Below the pieces are notes generated by a model. The model ran no database searches. It was not told where the DNA came from and saw only the letters and a program-made list of their open reading frames with translations. A program made the position numbers and the translations under genes. 64,000 nt of DNA from Syntrophobacterales bacterium (GTDB lineage Bacteria > Desulfobacterota > Syntrophia > Syntrophales > CAMTWB01): NCBI GenBank assembly GCA_037445955.1, contig JBBIJM010000005.1, positions 1,693 through 65,692 of the forward strand, given 5' to 3'. Shown here one piece after another: positions 37,787 through 48,361 of the stretch. Position 1 is the first letter of the stretch; each line of letters opens with the position of its first letter.

Positions 37787-38557
37787 ATGGGGATGTTGTC
37801 TGCCAGGGGGTTGACCAAGAGCTATGATGGAAGAAGGGTGGTGGATGGGATAGACCTGTCCATCGGGCAGGGCGAGGTCGTGGGATTGTTAGGTCCCAAT
37901 GGGGCGGGCAAGACCACCACCTTTTATCTGATCGTAGGGCTGGTAAAACCGGACGGCGGGTCGATGGAACTGGACGGGGAGGCGGTTGATTCGTTTCCCA
38001 TGTACCTAAGGGCAAGAAAAGGGATAACCTATCTGCCCCAGGAACCTTCGATCTTCCGGAGGCTCACGGTAGAAGAGAATATCATGGCGATTCTCGAGAC
38101 GGTAAAGATGACGGGGGACGAGAGAAGGGAGAGACTCTCATCGCTTCTCGACGAGCTTGACCTCAAGCCTCTTGCCGGCCATTACGGGTATTCTCTCTCC
38201 GGGGGGGAGAGAAGGCGGGTGGAAATAACCAGGGCCTTGGTCAGGTCGCCTAAGTTCATCCTCCTTGACGAACCCTTTGCCGGGATAGATCCTCTGGCGG
38301 TAGCGGACATCAAGAAGATCATCGCCAGGCTGAAGGAAAAGGGTATCGGGGTGATCATATCGGATCACAACGTAAGAGAGACCCTGTCGGTCTGCGATCG
38401 AGCCTATATCATAAACAAGGGGAGCATCCTTGTTCAGGGGGATCCGGCGACGATCGCCTCCTGTGAAAGGGCCCGGAAGATCTACTTCGGTGAAGACTTC
38501 ACCCTTTCAGACAAAAACGGTAAAAAGTCCGAGGTACCCGGTTCAGATGGCCTTTGA
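37787..38557 (+). CDS. lptB: LPS export ABC transporter ATP-binding protein LptB
   Basis: Walker A GPNGAGKTT, signature LSGGERRR, Walker B ILLDEPF. Confidence 0.93.
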   Translation: MGMLSARGLTKSYDGRRVVDGIDLSIGQGEVVGLLGPNGAGKTTTFYLIVGLVKPDGGSMELDGEAVDSFPMYLRARKGITYLPQEPSIFRRLTVEENIMAILETVKMTGDERRERLSSLLDELDLKPLAGHYGYSLSGGERRRVEITRALVRSPKFILLDEPFAGIDPLAVADIKKIIARLKEKGIGVIISDHNVRETLSVCDRAYIINKGSILVQGDPATIASCERARKIYFGEDFTLSDKNGKKSEVPGSDGL

Positions 38558-40022
38558 GATAAAGCAAAGCTTGAAACTGGCCCAGCAACTGATCATGACT
38601 CCCCAGTTGCAGCAGGCGATAAAACTTCTCCAACTGTCCCGCTTGGAACTGGCGGAGGTAATCAGTCAGGCGGTAGAGGCCAACCCGCTTCTTGAGGAGG
38701 TCCGGCAGGAAGAGGAGTGGCCCCAGGAAGAGGAGTGGTCCCGGGAAGAGCCGGGTGAACCCTGTTCTCTGGAAGGCGATGATCGGAAACCGAGACAGAG
38801 GCTGGAGGAAATAACCGGTCAGGGTGACGGACGGGAGGAGTATGACTGGCAGAGCTATTTCGAAGATCGGATAACCGTAAGCCCGCGGACCGAGACAAGG
38901 GAAGGCGACCCTCCCAACTGGGACAACCTGCTTTCGGCCAAACCTTCCCTGACTGATCATCTCATGTGGCAGTTGAAGCTCTCCAACTTCCCCGGCGAGG
39001 AGATGAAGGTCGGGGAATATATCATCGGTAATATCAACGGCGACGGCTACCTGGAGGAGACCCTGGAATCCATAGGCCAGGCGGTCAATTGCGAGGTCGC
39101 TCTCGCACAGGAGGTGCTGAAGAAAATTCAGAATTTCGATCCGCCGGGGATTGCCGCCCGGTCCCTTGCCGAGTGTCTCCTGCTGCAGGCGGAGGCCGTG
39201 GCAATAGAAAATCCTCACGTGAGAGAAATCATCAACCATCATTTGAAACACCTGGAGAATAAAAATTTCCGGATCATAGCAAAGAGCCTGGGCATCTCTA
39301 TCGAGGAGGTGATGGAGGCGGTTTCCCTTATTAGGGGGATGGATCCGAAACCAGGAGAGATCTACAATGAAGAACGGATCGAGGCGATAATACCCGATGT
39401 CTACGTCTTGAGAGTGGGGGATGAATATAAGATTCACTTAAACGAAGACAATTACCCTCGTCTGCGGATAAGCGCCTATTACCGGGATCTGCTGTCCATG
39501 AAGAGACCGGTCCGGGGGGCTGATGCCAGCAAAAAATATCTCCGGGAGAACCTCCAATCGGCTTCCTGGATTATCAAGAGCCTGCAACAGAGGCAGAAGA
39601 CAATCTACCGGGTGGCCGAAAGCATTCTGAAATTCCAGAGGGATTTCTTCGATCGGGGGATAAATCATCTGAGGCCCCTGGTCTTGAGAGATGTAGCGCA
39701 AGACGTGGAAATGCACGAGTCGACGGTAAGCCGGGTGGTAACAAACAAGTATATGCAGTCGCCCCGGGGATTGTTCGAGCTGAAATATTTCTTCAGCAGC
39801 AGCCTGCAAAAATCAAACGGTGATTCCATAGCCTCAAAAAGCGTCAAGGAGGAGATCCGAAGGATAATAAGCCAGGAAAACCCCGCCAAACCGCTCCGAG
39901 ACCAGGAAATCGAAAAGATTCTCAAATCGCAAGGGATATCCATAGCGAGGCGGACTGTTGCCAAGTACAGGGAAATGATGGGCATTCTGCCTACCCCGAA
40001 AAGAAAGAACCCGATTGTTTAA
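38547..40022 (+). CDS. rpoN: RNA polymerase sigma-54 factor
   Basis: Start at ATG 38547 (MAFEIKQSLKLAQQLIMTPQLQQAIKLLQLS). It has an acidic region II and the RpoN box ARRTVAKYR. It overlaps the lptB stop by 11 nt. Confidence 0.93.
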   Translation: MAFEIKQSLKLAQQLIMTPQLQQAIKLLQLSRLELAEVISQAVEANPLLEEVRQEEEWPQEEEWSREEPGEPCSLEGDDRKPRQRLEEITGQGDGREEYDWQSYFEDRITVSPRTETREGDPPNWDNLLSAKPSLTDHLMWQLKLSNFPGEEMKVGEYIIGNINGDGYLEETLESIGQAVNCEVALAQEVLKKIQNFDPPGIAARSLAECLLLQAEAVAIENPHVREIINHHLKHLENKNFRIIAKSLGISIEEVMEAVSLIRGMDPKPGEIYNEERIEAIIPDVYVLRVGDEYKIHLNEDNYPRLRISAYYRDLLSMKRPVRGADASKKYLRENLQSASWIIKSLQQRQKTIYRVAESILKFQRDFFDRGINHLRPLVLRDVAQDVEMHESTVSRVVTNKYMQSPRGLFELKYFFSSSLQKSNGDSIASKSVKEEIRRIISQENPAKPLRDQEIEKILKSQGISIARRTVAKYREMMGILPTPKRKNPIV

Positions 40023-40067
40023 GGCTCAAAGCCTGCCTTGGATATAAGATACAGCCAAAAAATTAGG

Positions 40068-40096
40068 TTGACATTATTGGTCATTTTACATATACA
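40068..40096 (+). promoter_or_regulatory. candidate sigma-70 promoter of hpf-ptsN-rapZ
   Basis: TTGACA (40068-40073), 17-nt spacer, TATACA (40091-40096), 60 nt upstream of the hpf ATG. Confidence 0.5.
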
Positions 40097-40155
40097 TCCC
40101 CTTCTTTAGCTGGCTCCGGGGACCCCGGGGCGGCAGACATACCGGGAGGACAGGA

Positions 40156-40695
40156 ATGAACGTTTCCATTACATTCAGGAACACCGAAGGTGAGGCCTGG
40201 CACAAGGATATTATTGAAGACAAGGTAAAGAAGCTCAAAAAATATGTCGATGGTCCCATTGATCTTCATGTCGTCTTGACAGCGGAGAAATTCCGGCACG
40301 TCGTTGAAATTAATTTTTCCGCCGATGGATTCAAGGTGATCGGCAAGGAAGAGGCCAAGGAGATTGCTCTGGCCATCGACAATGCCGTCGAGAAGGTGGA
40401 GCGCCAGTTAAAAAAATATAAGGAAAAGCAGCGGGAGCATAAAGGGGCAACCAAAACAGAAGGAGAGGAACCCTATCCCGAGGCAAACCCCGAGGAACAA
40501 AACGGATCGTTGATCTCTAAAATAGCTGAAGTCAGGAGGGTTATCCTGAGGCCCCTTTCTACGGAGGATGCAGTCCTGGAGATCGAGGATTCGAAGAATC
40601 GATTTGTCATCTACCGGGACGCCCTCTCGGGTAAAACCTGTGTGATTTATCGTCTGGAAGAAGGGAAATATGCCCTCCTTGAAACGAACGGCTAG
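40156..40695 (+). CDS. hpf: ribosome hibernation promoting factor, long form
   Basis: 179 aa with an N-terminal S30AE domain (ITFRNTEGEAWHKDIIEDKVKKL) plus a C-terminal dimerisation domain. Confidence 0.9.
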   Translation: MNVSITFRNTEGEAWHKDIIEDKVKKLKKYVDGPIDLHVVLTAEKFRHVVEINFSADGFKVIGKEEAKEIALAIDNAVEKVERQLKKYKEKQREHKGATKTEGEEPYPEANPEEQNGSLISKIAEVRRVILRPLSTEDAVLEIEDSKNRFVIYRDALSGKTCVIYRLEEGKYALLETNG

Positions 40696-40719
40696 GTGCT
40701 CCGCAAGGAGGGGCGACCG

Positions 40720-41181
40720 ATGAAAATAACCGATCTGCTTAAGATTGAAACCATTATTGAGGAGCTTTCCGCGGGGACGAAGCGGGACGTCTTGATAGAG
40801 CTGGCGAAGGTGATTCCCGCCACCGATTTATCCCACGATTTCGATTACGTGATAAACGTTCTTTTGGAGCGGGAAAAGCTCGGCACCACCGGTATAGGCG
40901 ACGGGATTGCCATTCCCCACGGCAAGGTGTCGGGCCTTAATAATTTGATCATGTCTTTCGGCAGGAGCAGGTCGGGAATAGACTTCAATGCGATGGACGG
41001 AAAACCGGTCCATCTCTTTTTTCTGCTTCTGGCGCCGGAAAACTCGGCAGGCCAGCATTTGAAGGCCCTGGCCAAGATCTCCCGGATGCTCAAAGACGTA
41101 TCCTTCCGGCAGCGGCTGCTCCAGGCCGCCTCAAGCGAGGAGATTTACCGGTCCATACTGGAAAAAGACCAGGAGTCCTGA
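40720..41181 (+). CDS. ptsN: PTS IIA-like nitrogen regulatory protein PtsN
   Basis: The ATG at 40720 is preceded by AAGGAGG. The active-site His context is GIAIPHGK. Confidence 0.88.
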   Translation: MKITDLLKIETIIEELSAGTKRDVLIELAKVIPATDLSHDFDYVINVLLEREKLGTTGIGDGIAIPHGKVSGLNNLIMSFGRSRSGIDFNAMDGKPVHLFFLLLAPENSAGQHLKALAKISRMLKDVSFRQRLLQAASSEEIYRSILEKDQES

Positions 41182-41198
41182 TTCATTCTCTCAAAATT

Positions 41199-42083
41199 AT
41201 GACTGATTCATTTGAGGCTGTAAGTCCCAGGGTGGTTATCATAACCGGTCTTTCGGGCTCGGGGAAGAGCTTTGCCTTAAGGGCCCTGGAGGATATCGGC
41301 TTCTATTGTGTAGATAACATGCCCGTTGCCCTTTTGCCGAAATTCTTAAAGATTCAGACCGAAGCGAAAGACACCAAAGATGTGGCCCTGGTTATGGATT
41401 TGCGGGAGAAGGGCTTTCTCGACAAGTATAACCGGATATTTTCCCGGCTCAAACAGGACGGCTACAATATCGAGATCATCTTTCTTGAGGCTACAGACGA
41501 GGCGCTGGTCAAGCGGTACAGCGAAACGAGACGCGCCCATCCGCTCGCCAGGAAAGGTTCGATCAAAGAGAGCATCGCCCTGGAGCGGGAAAAGCTGATG
41601 CCGGTGAAGCGGATGGCCGGGGCCGTCCTGGACACCTCCACCTTGAATGTCCACGAACTCAAGGAGATGATCCAGCGCCGGTACCTCTCCCCGGATGAAA
41701 GAAGAGGGCTGATGTTTTTACAGATCGGCTCGTTCGGCTTTCGCTACGGACTGCCGGAAGACGCCGACTGTGTTTTCGATGTCCGGTTCCTCCCTAACCC
41801 CTATTTCGTAGAATCCCTGAAAAAACTCGACGGCCATGACGCCAGGGTGGGGGCCTATGTTCTTGCGGCCCCGGAGGGTATTGAATTCAAGAAGAAGATC
41901 GAAGAGCTCTTTGCCTTTCTTCTGCCCCTTTACCAGCGGGAAGGGAAAACCCGCTTAAATATCGCCTTTGGCTGCACCGGCGGCAAACATCGGTCGGTTA
42001 TCTTCGCCAATCTGTTCGGCGAATTCCTGGAACGGAGGGATTACCGGGTCGCTGTAACCCACCGGGACATCTTGAAAGGCTGA
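41199..42083 (+). CDS. rapZ: RNase adapter protein RapZ
   Basis: 294 aa with P-loop GLSGSGKS, C-terminal GCTGGKHRS and the motif FDVRFLPNP. Confidence 0.92.
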   Translation: MTDSFEAVSPRVVIITGLSGSGKSFALRALEDIGFYCVDNMPVALLPKFLKIQTEAKDTKDVALVMDLREKGFLDKYNRIFSRLKQDGYNIEIIFLEATDEALVKRYSETRRAHPLARKGSIKESIALEREKLMPVKRMAGAVLDTSTLNVHELKEMIQRRYLSPDERRGLMFLQIGSFGFRYGLPEDADCVFDVRFLPNPYFVESLKKLDGHDARVGAYVLAAPEGIEFKKKIEELFAFLLPLYQREGKTRLNIAFGCTGGKHRSVIFANLFGEFLERRDYRVAVTHRDILKG

Positions 42084-42089
42084 TGAAGA

Positions 42090-43421
42090 CTACCTGATTG
42101 CGGCAGCCAGCTTCTCGGTTACATTATCCGCAATCCACTTCCCGTCCCACCATTCCTTGGGATCGACGAACCTTCCCCCGGCGATGATGGAAAAATGGAG
42201 ATGATCCCCTCCGGCCAGGCCGGAGATTCCCGTATTCCCGATCATCTCGCCCTTCCGGACCCGCCTGCCCGCCTCCGGGGTAATGCTGCTTAAGTGGGAG
42301 TAAAGACTGAATATTCCCAGACCGTGGTCGATGATTACCGTATTGCCGTAGATTCCCAGGTAACCAACATAGGCTACGATCCCGTGATTGGCCGCGGGAA
42401 CAGGCGCCCTCTGGGTAGAGGCGAGATCTACCCCCAGATGGACGCTTCCTCCGACCTCTTTGCCGGAGAAAAGATACGTCCTCTTCTCGCCGAAAAGGGC
42501 CATCGGCGCCGCATTCATCATTCTCAAAAAGGTCCCTTCCCAGAGTTTTTCCCCCTGGGTATTACGGCAGATCTCCTGGATCTGTCTGAAGTTGGCATTT
42601 CTTAAAGAATCATTTAAATGGGTGAATACCTCAAGGGGGGTCTTTCCCTTCAACTCGGGATAACGCTCCGTGAATTCAGGCATCTTTTCATCAAGAAACC
42701 GGGGGCTTAGGGTCATCTTATCGCTGCGAAAATGCTTCGGCCTTATCCGGTGAGGGATCGGAAGGTGGGACCGGTTTCCCGCAGCATCCTCGGCCGTTAT
42801 CGATAATTTTATGGGATTTTTCGTTTCCAGGGGAACGGGAAAATAGACCACGATCCCCTCTTGCCCGGAGGCGGCCGCCCGATGGCCCGGGGTAAAATGA
42901 TCGTTCACCGTTACCCCGGTTGCCGAAAGCGCCTCCGACGATTTGTAGAGGATTACCCCGGTGCCGCCGGGATTCAGATAGTTCTCCGGGGTGAGGAGAA
43001 ATATCTTAGGAGGCGTCATATCTATCAGGACCTTATAGTTCTCCACGGTACGATTTTTCCACAGGGAATGATCGCTGACGGAAACGACAAGCTCGGCCTC
43101 CTCTTCTTTCAATTTGAGAGCGACGGGATTTATGATGATTTCTCCTTTAAACTCTCGTTGGCCGGGGGCGGGAAAATCCCGGGAGAGGAGGGTGTGAGTG
43201 ACGCTCCCCTGCAAGACGGCAACGGTAATCGATCTGATTCCCCGCGATTCATCCGCAGCCAGAACCTGGAAAGGTCTGTTGGGGCCGATTGAGCCTTGAA
43301 AACCCCCGGCGGTAACCTGGGGTTTCCCGAGTTCAAGGTAGGTCTGAAAAAGCCAAAATCCGACAGCCGATAACAAAACTGCCGCCGAAACAATGAGATA
43401 AACACCTGACCTTTTTTGCAT
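42090..43421 (-). CDS. M23 family metallopeptidase
   Basis: C-terminal LytM motifs (HLGVDLA, GNTVIIDHG, GDHLHFS) and one N-terminal TM segment. Start taken at ATG 43421. Confidence 0.88.
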   Translation of the reverse strand: MQKRSGVYLIVSAAVLLSAVGFWLFQTYLELGKPQVTAGGFQGSIGPNRPFQVLAADESRGIRSITVAVLQGSVTHTLLSRDFPAPGQREFKGEIIINPVALKLKEEEAELVVSVSDHSLWKNRTVENYKVLIDMTPPKIFLLTPENYLNPGGTGVILYKSSEALSATGVTVNDHFTPGHRAAASGQEGIVVYFPVPLETKNPIKLSITAEDAAGNRSHLPIPHRIRPKHFRSDKMTLSPRFLDEKMPEFTERYPELKGKTPLEVFTHLNDSLRNANFRQIQEICRNTQGEKLWEGTFLRMMNAAPMALFGEKRTYLFSGKEVGGSVHLGVDLASTQRAPVPAANHGIVAYVGYLGIYGNTVIIDHGLGIFSLYSHLSSITPEAGRRVRKGEMIGNTGISGLAGGDHLHFSIIAGGRFVDPKEWWDGKWIADNVTEKLAAAIR

Positions 43422-43564
43422 CGTGCCGTCCTTCGCTGGATTTAAGGAATGCAACCTATACCTGATTTTGCATGGATGCAAGACAAACCTGGATCAGGAA
43501 TCGCTTGCTATTTGCCGGTCGCCTTGGTAGTATGGAATCCATCGCTCTTCAGGATATAAGCTTA

Positions 43565-44779
43565 ATGCTTGCGGAAAGAAAAATCATCCTCGGGATAACC
43601 GGCGGGATTGCCGCCTATAAGGCCGCTGAGCTGGCCAGAGAACTCGTCCGGCAGGGGGCGGAGGTCAGGGCGGTCATGACGAAAAACGCCGTGGAGTTCG
43701 TGGCCCCCTTGACCTTTCAGACCCTGACCGGTCATCCGGTGGGAGTGGATATGTTCCAGACGCGGGAGAGGAGCGCAATCGAGCATATCTCCCTTGCCAA
43801 TTGGGGGGAATTGATAATCGTGGCGCCGGCAACGGCCGATATCCTGGGGAAGGTGGCAGGAGGGCTCGCCTGCGACCTTCTCTCCACGACGATTATGGCA
43901 ACCAGGATGCCGGTACTGTTTGTTCCCGCCATGAACGATCTCATGTGGGAAAACAGACTCGTCCAGGGGAATATCCAGAAGCTCAAGGAGGCCGGTTATT
44001 TCTTCCTGGATCCCGATACCGGGGCGTTGGCCTGCAAAAGTGAAGGCAAAGGGAGAATGCCCGAGACAGCGGCGATCGCCGGCGAGGCCGACCGGATCCT
44101 CTCCCCGAAGGATCTTTTAGAGGAGACCATCTTGATTACCGCGGGACCGAAGGATTTCGCCGCCATGACGCTGAGGTTCATCAGTAACCATTCCTCCGGT
44201 AAGATGGGTTTTGCCCTGGCAGCAGAGGCAAGGAGGCGGGGCGCCCGGGTCATTCTGGTAAGCGGACCGACCGGTCTGAAGCCTCCCGCCGGGGTGGAAT
44301 TTGTCCCCATAACCACGGCAAGAGAGATGAGGGAAGCGGTGATGAAGGAGCTTCCGCGGACGACGGCGGTGATCAAGGCGGCGGCGGTGTCCGATTACCG
44401 CCCGGCGGAACTATCCAAGAATAAGATAAAAAAGCAGCCGGGGAAGATGACGATATCTCTGGAGATGAATCCCGACATCCTATCTGAGATAGGGGCGCTG
44501 AAGGGAAAGCGGATCCTGGTGGGATTTGCCATGGAAACCGAGGGGCTCCTGGAACATGCCCGGGGGAAGCTTGCGGCAAAAAATCTCGATCTCATAGTGG
44601 CCAACAACCTAAATGAAGAGGGCGCCGGATTTCAGTGCGATACCAACGTGGTTAAGATTATCGACCAGGAAGGCGGAATTCAGGATGTCCCCCGGATGGA
44701 AAAACTGAAAGTGGCCGGGATAATCCTCGATAGGGTGAGGGCCCTTAGGGATAAGAGAGCCGATGGAATTCGTCTCTGA
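43565..44779 (+). CDS. coaBC: bifunctional phosphopantothenoylcysteine decarboxylase / phosphopantothenate--cysteine ligase
   Basis: [23 protein letters not shown] aligns with the E. coli Dfp N-terminus. The motif SNHSSGKMG is present. Upstream in-frame ATGs at 43472 and 43532 are possible starts. Confidence 0.9.
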   Translation: [404 protein letters not shown]

Positions 44780-45500
44780 ACTTCGTCTGGAACTGCTTCA
44801 ACTGGTTCGTTCTCTGAAGGGCGGGATCCTGCAGAGGAGGGAGAGCGGTGAGGACCTCTCGTTTCTCAGAAGAAATGTTTCGGCCCGGGGAGGGAAGGCG
44901 ACGGGAACATATACAAACCAGATCAGACCTGAAGCCGCCTCCGGAGAGGGCGTGCCTTCGACCTTGACCGGCCTTAGGGACGAACTGGGTGAATGCACGA
45001 GATGCCGTTTGAGTGAAGGGCGACGCAATATAGTTTTCGGCGAGGGCTGCGAGGCCCCGCAGCTTATCTTTGTGGGCGAGGCGCCGGGGGAAGAGGAAGA
45101 CCGCCTCGGCCGGCCGTTTGTCGGCAAGGCGGGGCAGCTCCTTACCAGGATAATCGAGGCCATGGGGATGAAAAGGCAGGACGTCTACATCTGCAATATC
45201 TTGAAGTGCCGGCCGCCGGGGAACAGGAATCCCCTCCCGGAGGAGATCAAGCTCTGCGAGCCGTTTCTCCTCCGGCAGATCGAGATTTTGCAACCGCGGA
45301 TCATCTGCGCCCTGGGGACCTTTGCCGCCCGGAGTCTCCTTAAGACGGAGGCCCCGATTACGACCCTCCGGGGTAATTTCCACCGGTTCAGGGGGGTGAA
45401 ACTTATGCCTACCTATCACCCCGCCTATCTCCTGCGGAATCCGGCGGCCAAGAGGCAGGTCTGGGATGATGTTCAGAAGATTGCAGCCGAACTGATTTGA
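44763..45500 (+). CDS. uracil-DNA glycosylase, family 4
   Basis: GEAPGEEED motif, Fe-S Cys ligands (CTRC ... C) and HPAYLLRNP. It has a ~75-aa N-terminal extension and overlaps the coaBC stop by 17 nt. Confidence 0.88.
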   Translation: MEFVSELRLELLQLVRSLKGGILQRRESGEDLSFLRRNVSARGGKATGTYTNQIRPEAASGEGVPSTLTGLRDELGECTRCRLSEGRRNIVFGEGCEAPQLIFVGEAPGEEEDRLGRPFVGKAGQLLTRIIEAMGMKRQDVYICNILKCRPPGNRNPLPEEIKLCEPFLLRQIEILQPRIICALGTFAARSLLKTEAPITTLRGNFHRFRGVKLMPTYHPAYLLRNPAAKRQVWDDVQKIAAELI

Positions 45501-45526
45501 AAAAGGAAGCTTACTTAAGGTAAACT

Positions 45527-46843
45527 ATGACTTACCGGAAAAAAATTCTGCCCTATCTTAGTCTTGTTATCCTTTCCCTTGCCTGGCCCCTAGCCGGGCT
45601 CGGTCAGGAAAGGGCCCCGGTTTTTCACACCATTGCGATCAAATCCGCCATCACCCCGCCGGTTGCCGAATACATCGTCAAGAGCATTTCCGAGGCAGCC
45701 AAGGAGAACGCCGCGGGCCTTATCATTCAGCTCGATACGCCGGGGGGGTTGGATCTGGCCATGCGGGACATTGTCAAGGGGATCCTGAACGCCCCGGTTC
45801 CGGTCATTGTTTACGTCCATCCCTCAGGTGGCCGGGCCGCCTCTGCGGGGATGATGATCACCGTCGCCGCCCACGTAGCCGCCATGACCCCGGGAACCAA
45901 TATCGGCGCCGCTCACCCTGTTGCCATCGGGGTGGGAGGAAAGATGGACAAGACCATGGCGGATAAGGTGGTGAACGATTCCGTCGCCTATGTGCAGGGG
46001 ATCGCCAGGAAGACCGGCCGCAATGAGGAATGGGTGGCAAAAGCCGTTCGGAAAAGCGCTTCGGTTGCGGCGGAAGAGGCAATGCGCCTTAAAGTGATCG
46101 ACGTGGTTGCCCAGGATATCAACGACCTCCTCTCCAAGATTCACGGGAATACCGTTTTACTTCCCACGGGCAGGAAAACCATAACCACCGCCGGGGCGGT
46201 TATCGTCGAGAAAAAGATGGGATTCCGAGAGCGGGTGCTCACCGCCATCACCGATCCCAACATCGCCTATATCCTGCTTATGATCGGTCTGGCCGGCCTG
46301 TACTTCGAATTCACCAATCCCGGGGCCATCGTTCCCGGGGTAGTGGGCGGCATCTCCCTTTTGCTCGCCCTGTTTGCCCTGCAGGCCCTCTCGGTGAACT
46401 ACGCGGGAATTGTGCTCATCCTGTTTGCCATTGTCCTGTTTATCGCGGAAATAAAGGTGGTAAGCCACGGACTGCTTACCATAGGGGGAGTGATTGCGCT
46501 TACGTTGGGGTCTCTTATGCTGTTTGACACGCCTGATCCAAGTATTAGAATATCACTTGAGGTTCTCATACCCGCGGTTATCATAACCACCCTTTTCTTC
46601 GTGGTGATAGTAACCCTCGGACTTAAGGCCCAAATGAGAAGGCCTACGACGGGGACGGAAACGATGATCGGCGAGACCGGGGTGGCGGTAACGGACATCT
46701 TAAGCGAGGGGAGGGTGTTTGTCCGGGGGGAATACTGGAGCGCCTCGAGCGACTCGTTTATCGGCAAGGGAAGGAAGGTGCGGATACTCGGCTTTGACCA
46801 TACCTATTTAACGGTTGAAGAAATAAAAAAGAAGGAGAATTGA
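45527..46843 (+). CDS. NfeD family membrane-bound serine protease (ClpP class)
   Basis: 438 aa with a signal peptide, a ClpP-like domain (DTPGG, SAGMMI), TM segments and a C-terminal NfeD OB domain. Confidence 0.85.
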   Translation: MTYRKKILPYLSLVILSLAWPLAGLGQERAPVFHTIAIKSAITPPVAEYIVKSISEAAKENAAGLIIQLDTPGGLDLAMRDIVKGILNAPVPVIVYVHPSGGRAASAGMMITVAAHVAAMTPGTNIGAAHPVAIGVGGKMDKTMADKVVNDSVAYVQGIARKTGRNEEWVAKAVRKSASVAAEEAMRLKVIDVVAQDINDLLSKIHGNTVLLPTGRKTITTAGAVIVEKKMGFRERVLTAITDPNIAYILLMIGLAGLYFEFTNPGAIVPGVVGGISLLLALFALQALSVNYAGIVLILFAIVLFIAEIKVVSHGLLTIGGVIALTLGSLMLFDTPDPSIRISLEVLIPAVIITTLFFVVIVTLGLKAQMRRPTTGTETMIGETGVAVTDILSEGRVFVRGEYWSASSDSFIGKGRKVRILGFDHTYLTVEEIKKKEN

Positions 46844-46844
46844 C

Positions 46845-47609
46845 ATGGGGCTCTACGGGATTTTTGTTATCGTTGTTCTTGCGGTGATGTTCTTATCGGC
46901 GGCCATCAAGGTCTTAAATGAGTATGAAAGGGGCGTCATCTTCCGGCTGGGAAGAATAATCGCCACGAAGGGTCCCGGGCTGATAATCCTGATCCCGGTC
47001 ATTGATCGGATGGTCCGGGTCGATTTGAGAACGATCACCCTGGACGTTCCGACCCAGGACGTAATCACCAAAGACAACGTTTCGGTGAAGGTCAATGCGG
47101 TCATCTATTTCAGGGTGCTCACCGCCCAGTCGGCGATCATCGAGGTGGAGAACTTTCTTTACGCCACCTCCCAGCTCGCTCAGACCACCTTGAGAAGCGT
47201 CTGCGGCCAGGTAGAACTTGACGAACTCCTTTCCGAAAGGGAGAAGATCAACCTCCAGCTCCAGGAAATCCTCGACAGAAGCACCGATCCCTGGGGGATC
47301 AAGATCTCGATGGTCGAGGTCAAGCACATCGATCTTCCAGAGGAGATGAAAAGGGCCATGGCCAAGCAGGCCGAGGCGGAGAGAGAGAGAAGGGCCAAGG
47401 TGATCAATGCGGAAGGCGAGTTCCAGGCCGCCCAGAAACTGACCGAGGCCGCCCATGTAATGAGCACAAGTCCCATTACCCTGCAGCTTAGATATCTGCA
47501 GACCTTAAATCAGATCGCCTCGGAGAACAACTCGACGACGGTCTTCCCGATCCCCATAGATCTGTTTACCCCGTTTATCAAGATGGCGCAACTTTCCGAC
47601 AATAAATAG
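46845..47609 (+). CDS. SPFH/band 7 stomatin-like protein
   Basis: 254 aa with [12 protein letters not shown] and QDVITKDNV, then a coiled-coil [11 protein letters not shown]. It starts 1 nt after the NfeD stop. Confidence 0.92.
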   Translation: MGLYGIFVIVVLAVMFLSAAIKVLNEYERGVIFRLGRIIATKGPGLIILIPVIDRMVRVDLRTITLDVPTQDVITKDNVSVKVNAVIYFRVLTAQSAIIEVENFLYATSQLAQTTLRSVCGQVELDELLSEREKINLQLQEILDRSTDPWGIKISMVEVKHIDLPEEMKRAMAKQAEAERERRAKVINAEGEFQAAQKLTEAAHVMSTSPITLQLRYLQTLNQIASENNSTTVFPIPIDLFTPFIKMAQLSDNK

Positions 47610-47670
47610 GGCAGCCTTCCCGTCCCGCCGGGCGGAAGAGGTCCGGCGGGAACGGCCTTGGAAACGGTCT

Positions 47671-48345
47671 ATGGAAGTAAAACACTTTCCCGATAAAAAG
47701 ATCCTGATCCTCTCGGATTTTGACGGCACCGCCTGCGCGATAGACCTGGGAAACAGCCTTTTTCAGCGGTTTGCCTGTGAGGGCTGGCAGGAGATCGACC
47801 GATCTTACAGCGCCCGGGAAGTGGGATCCCGGGACGCTTACGGCCGGGTAGCGGCCCTGATCAGGGCGTCGAAGGAGGAGATGCTGGCCTATATCCGGGC
47901 AAATGGGGCCCTTGATCCCGGGTTCCGGGATTTCTTTCATCTATGCAAGATAAAGGGTTTGGATATCAAGGTTGTCTCCGACGGCCTGGATTTCTACATC
48001 AACGCGGTTTTCGAGAATCACGACCTGGGAGATCTCGAGTTCTATTCCAATCACGCCGTATTTCTTCCCGATTCCACATTAGCGGTGGACTTTCCCGAAT
48101 TCAACGGCGACTGTCGGCGCTGCGGAACCTGTAAAACGGCGATCGTTAAGGGCCATAGAGGGCAATACGACCTGATCATCTATATCGGCGACAGCTATTC
48201 GGACCTCTGCGCGGCGAAAGAGGCGGACCTGGTCTTTGCCAAGGATGTTCTCTACGAGAACTATCGCCAAAACGGAAATCCCTGTCTGCCTTATGAAAAT
48301 TTCGGCGATATAGAAAGTCAGCTAAGAGGCATGGGCTTAGTCTAG
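47671..48345 (+). CDS. HAD-IB phosphatase, MtnX-like
   Basis: The DFDGT motif, a Cys cluster (CRRCGTCK) and GDSYSD..AAK..D..FA match B. subtilis MtnX architecture. Confidence 0.75.
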   Translation: MEVKHFPDKKILILSDFDGTACAIDLGNSLFQRFACEGWQEIDRSYSAREVGSRDAYGRVAALIRASKEEMLAYIRANGALDPGFRDFFHLCKIKGLDIKVVSDGLDFYINAVFENHDLGDLEFYSNHAVFLPDSTLAVDFPEFNGDCRRCGTCKTAIVKGHRGQYDLIIYIGDSYSDLCAAKEADLVFAKDVLYENYRQNGNPCLPYENFGDIESQLRGMGLV

Positions 48346-48361
48346 GAGAGCTTTAAACAAG

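Noticed and set aside
44150-44176. CoaBC segment [22 protein letters not shown], which differs from the E. coli [22 protein letters not shown] motif. This could be a compensated frameshift.
   Set aside because: Translating the other two frames of this stretch gives a stop or an unrelated sequence, so it is not a frameshift artefact. It is probably lineage divergence. I cannot judge functional impact without an alignment.
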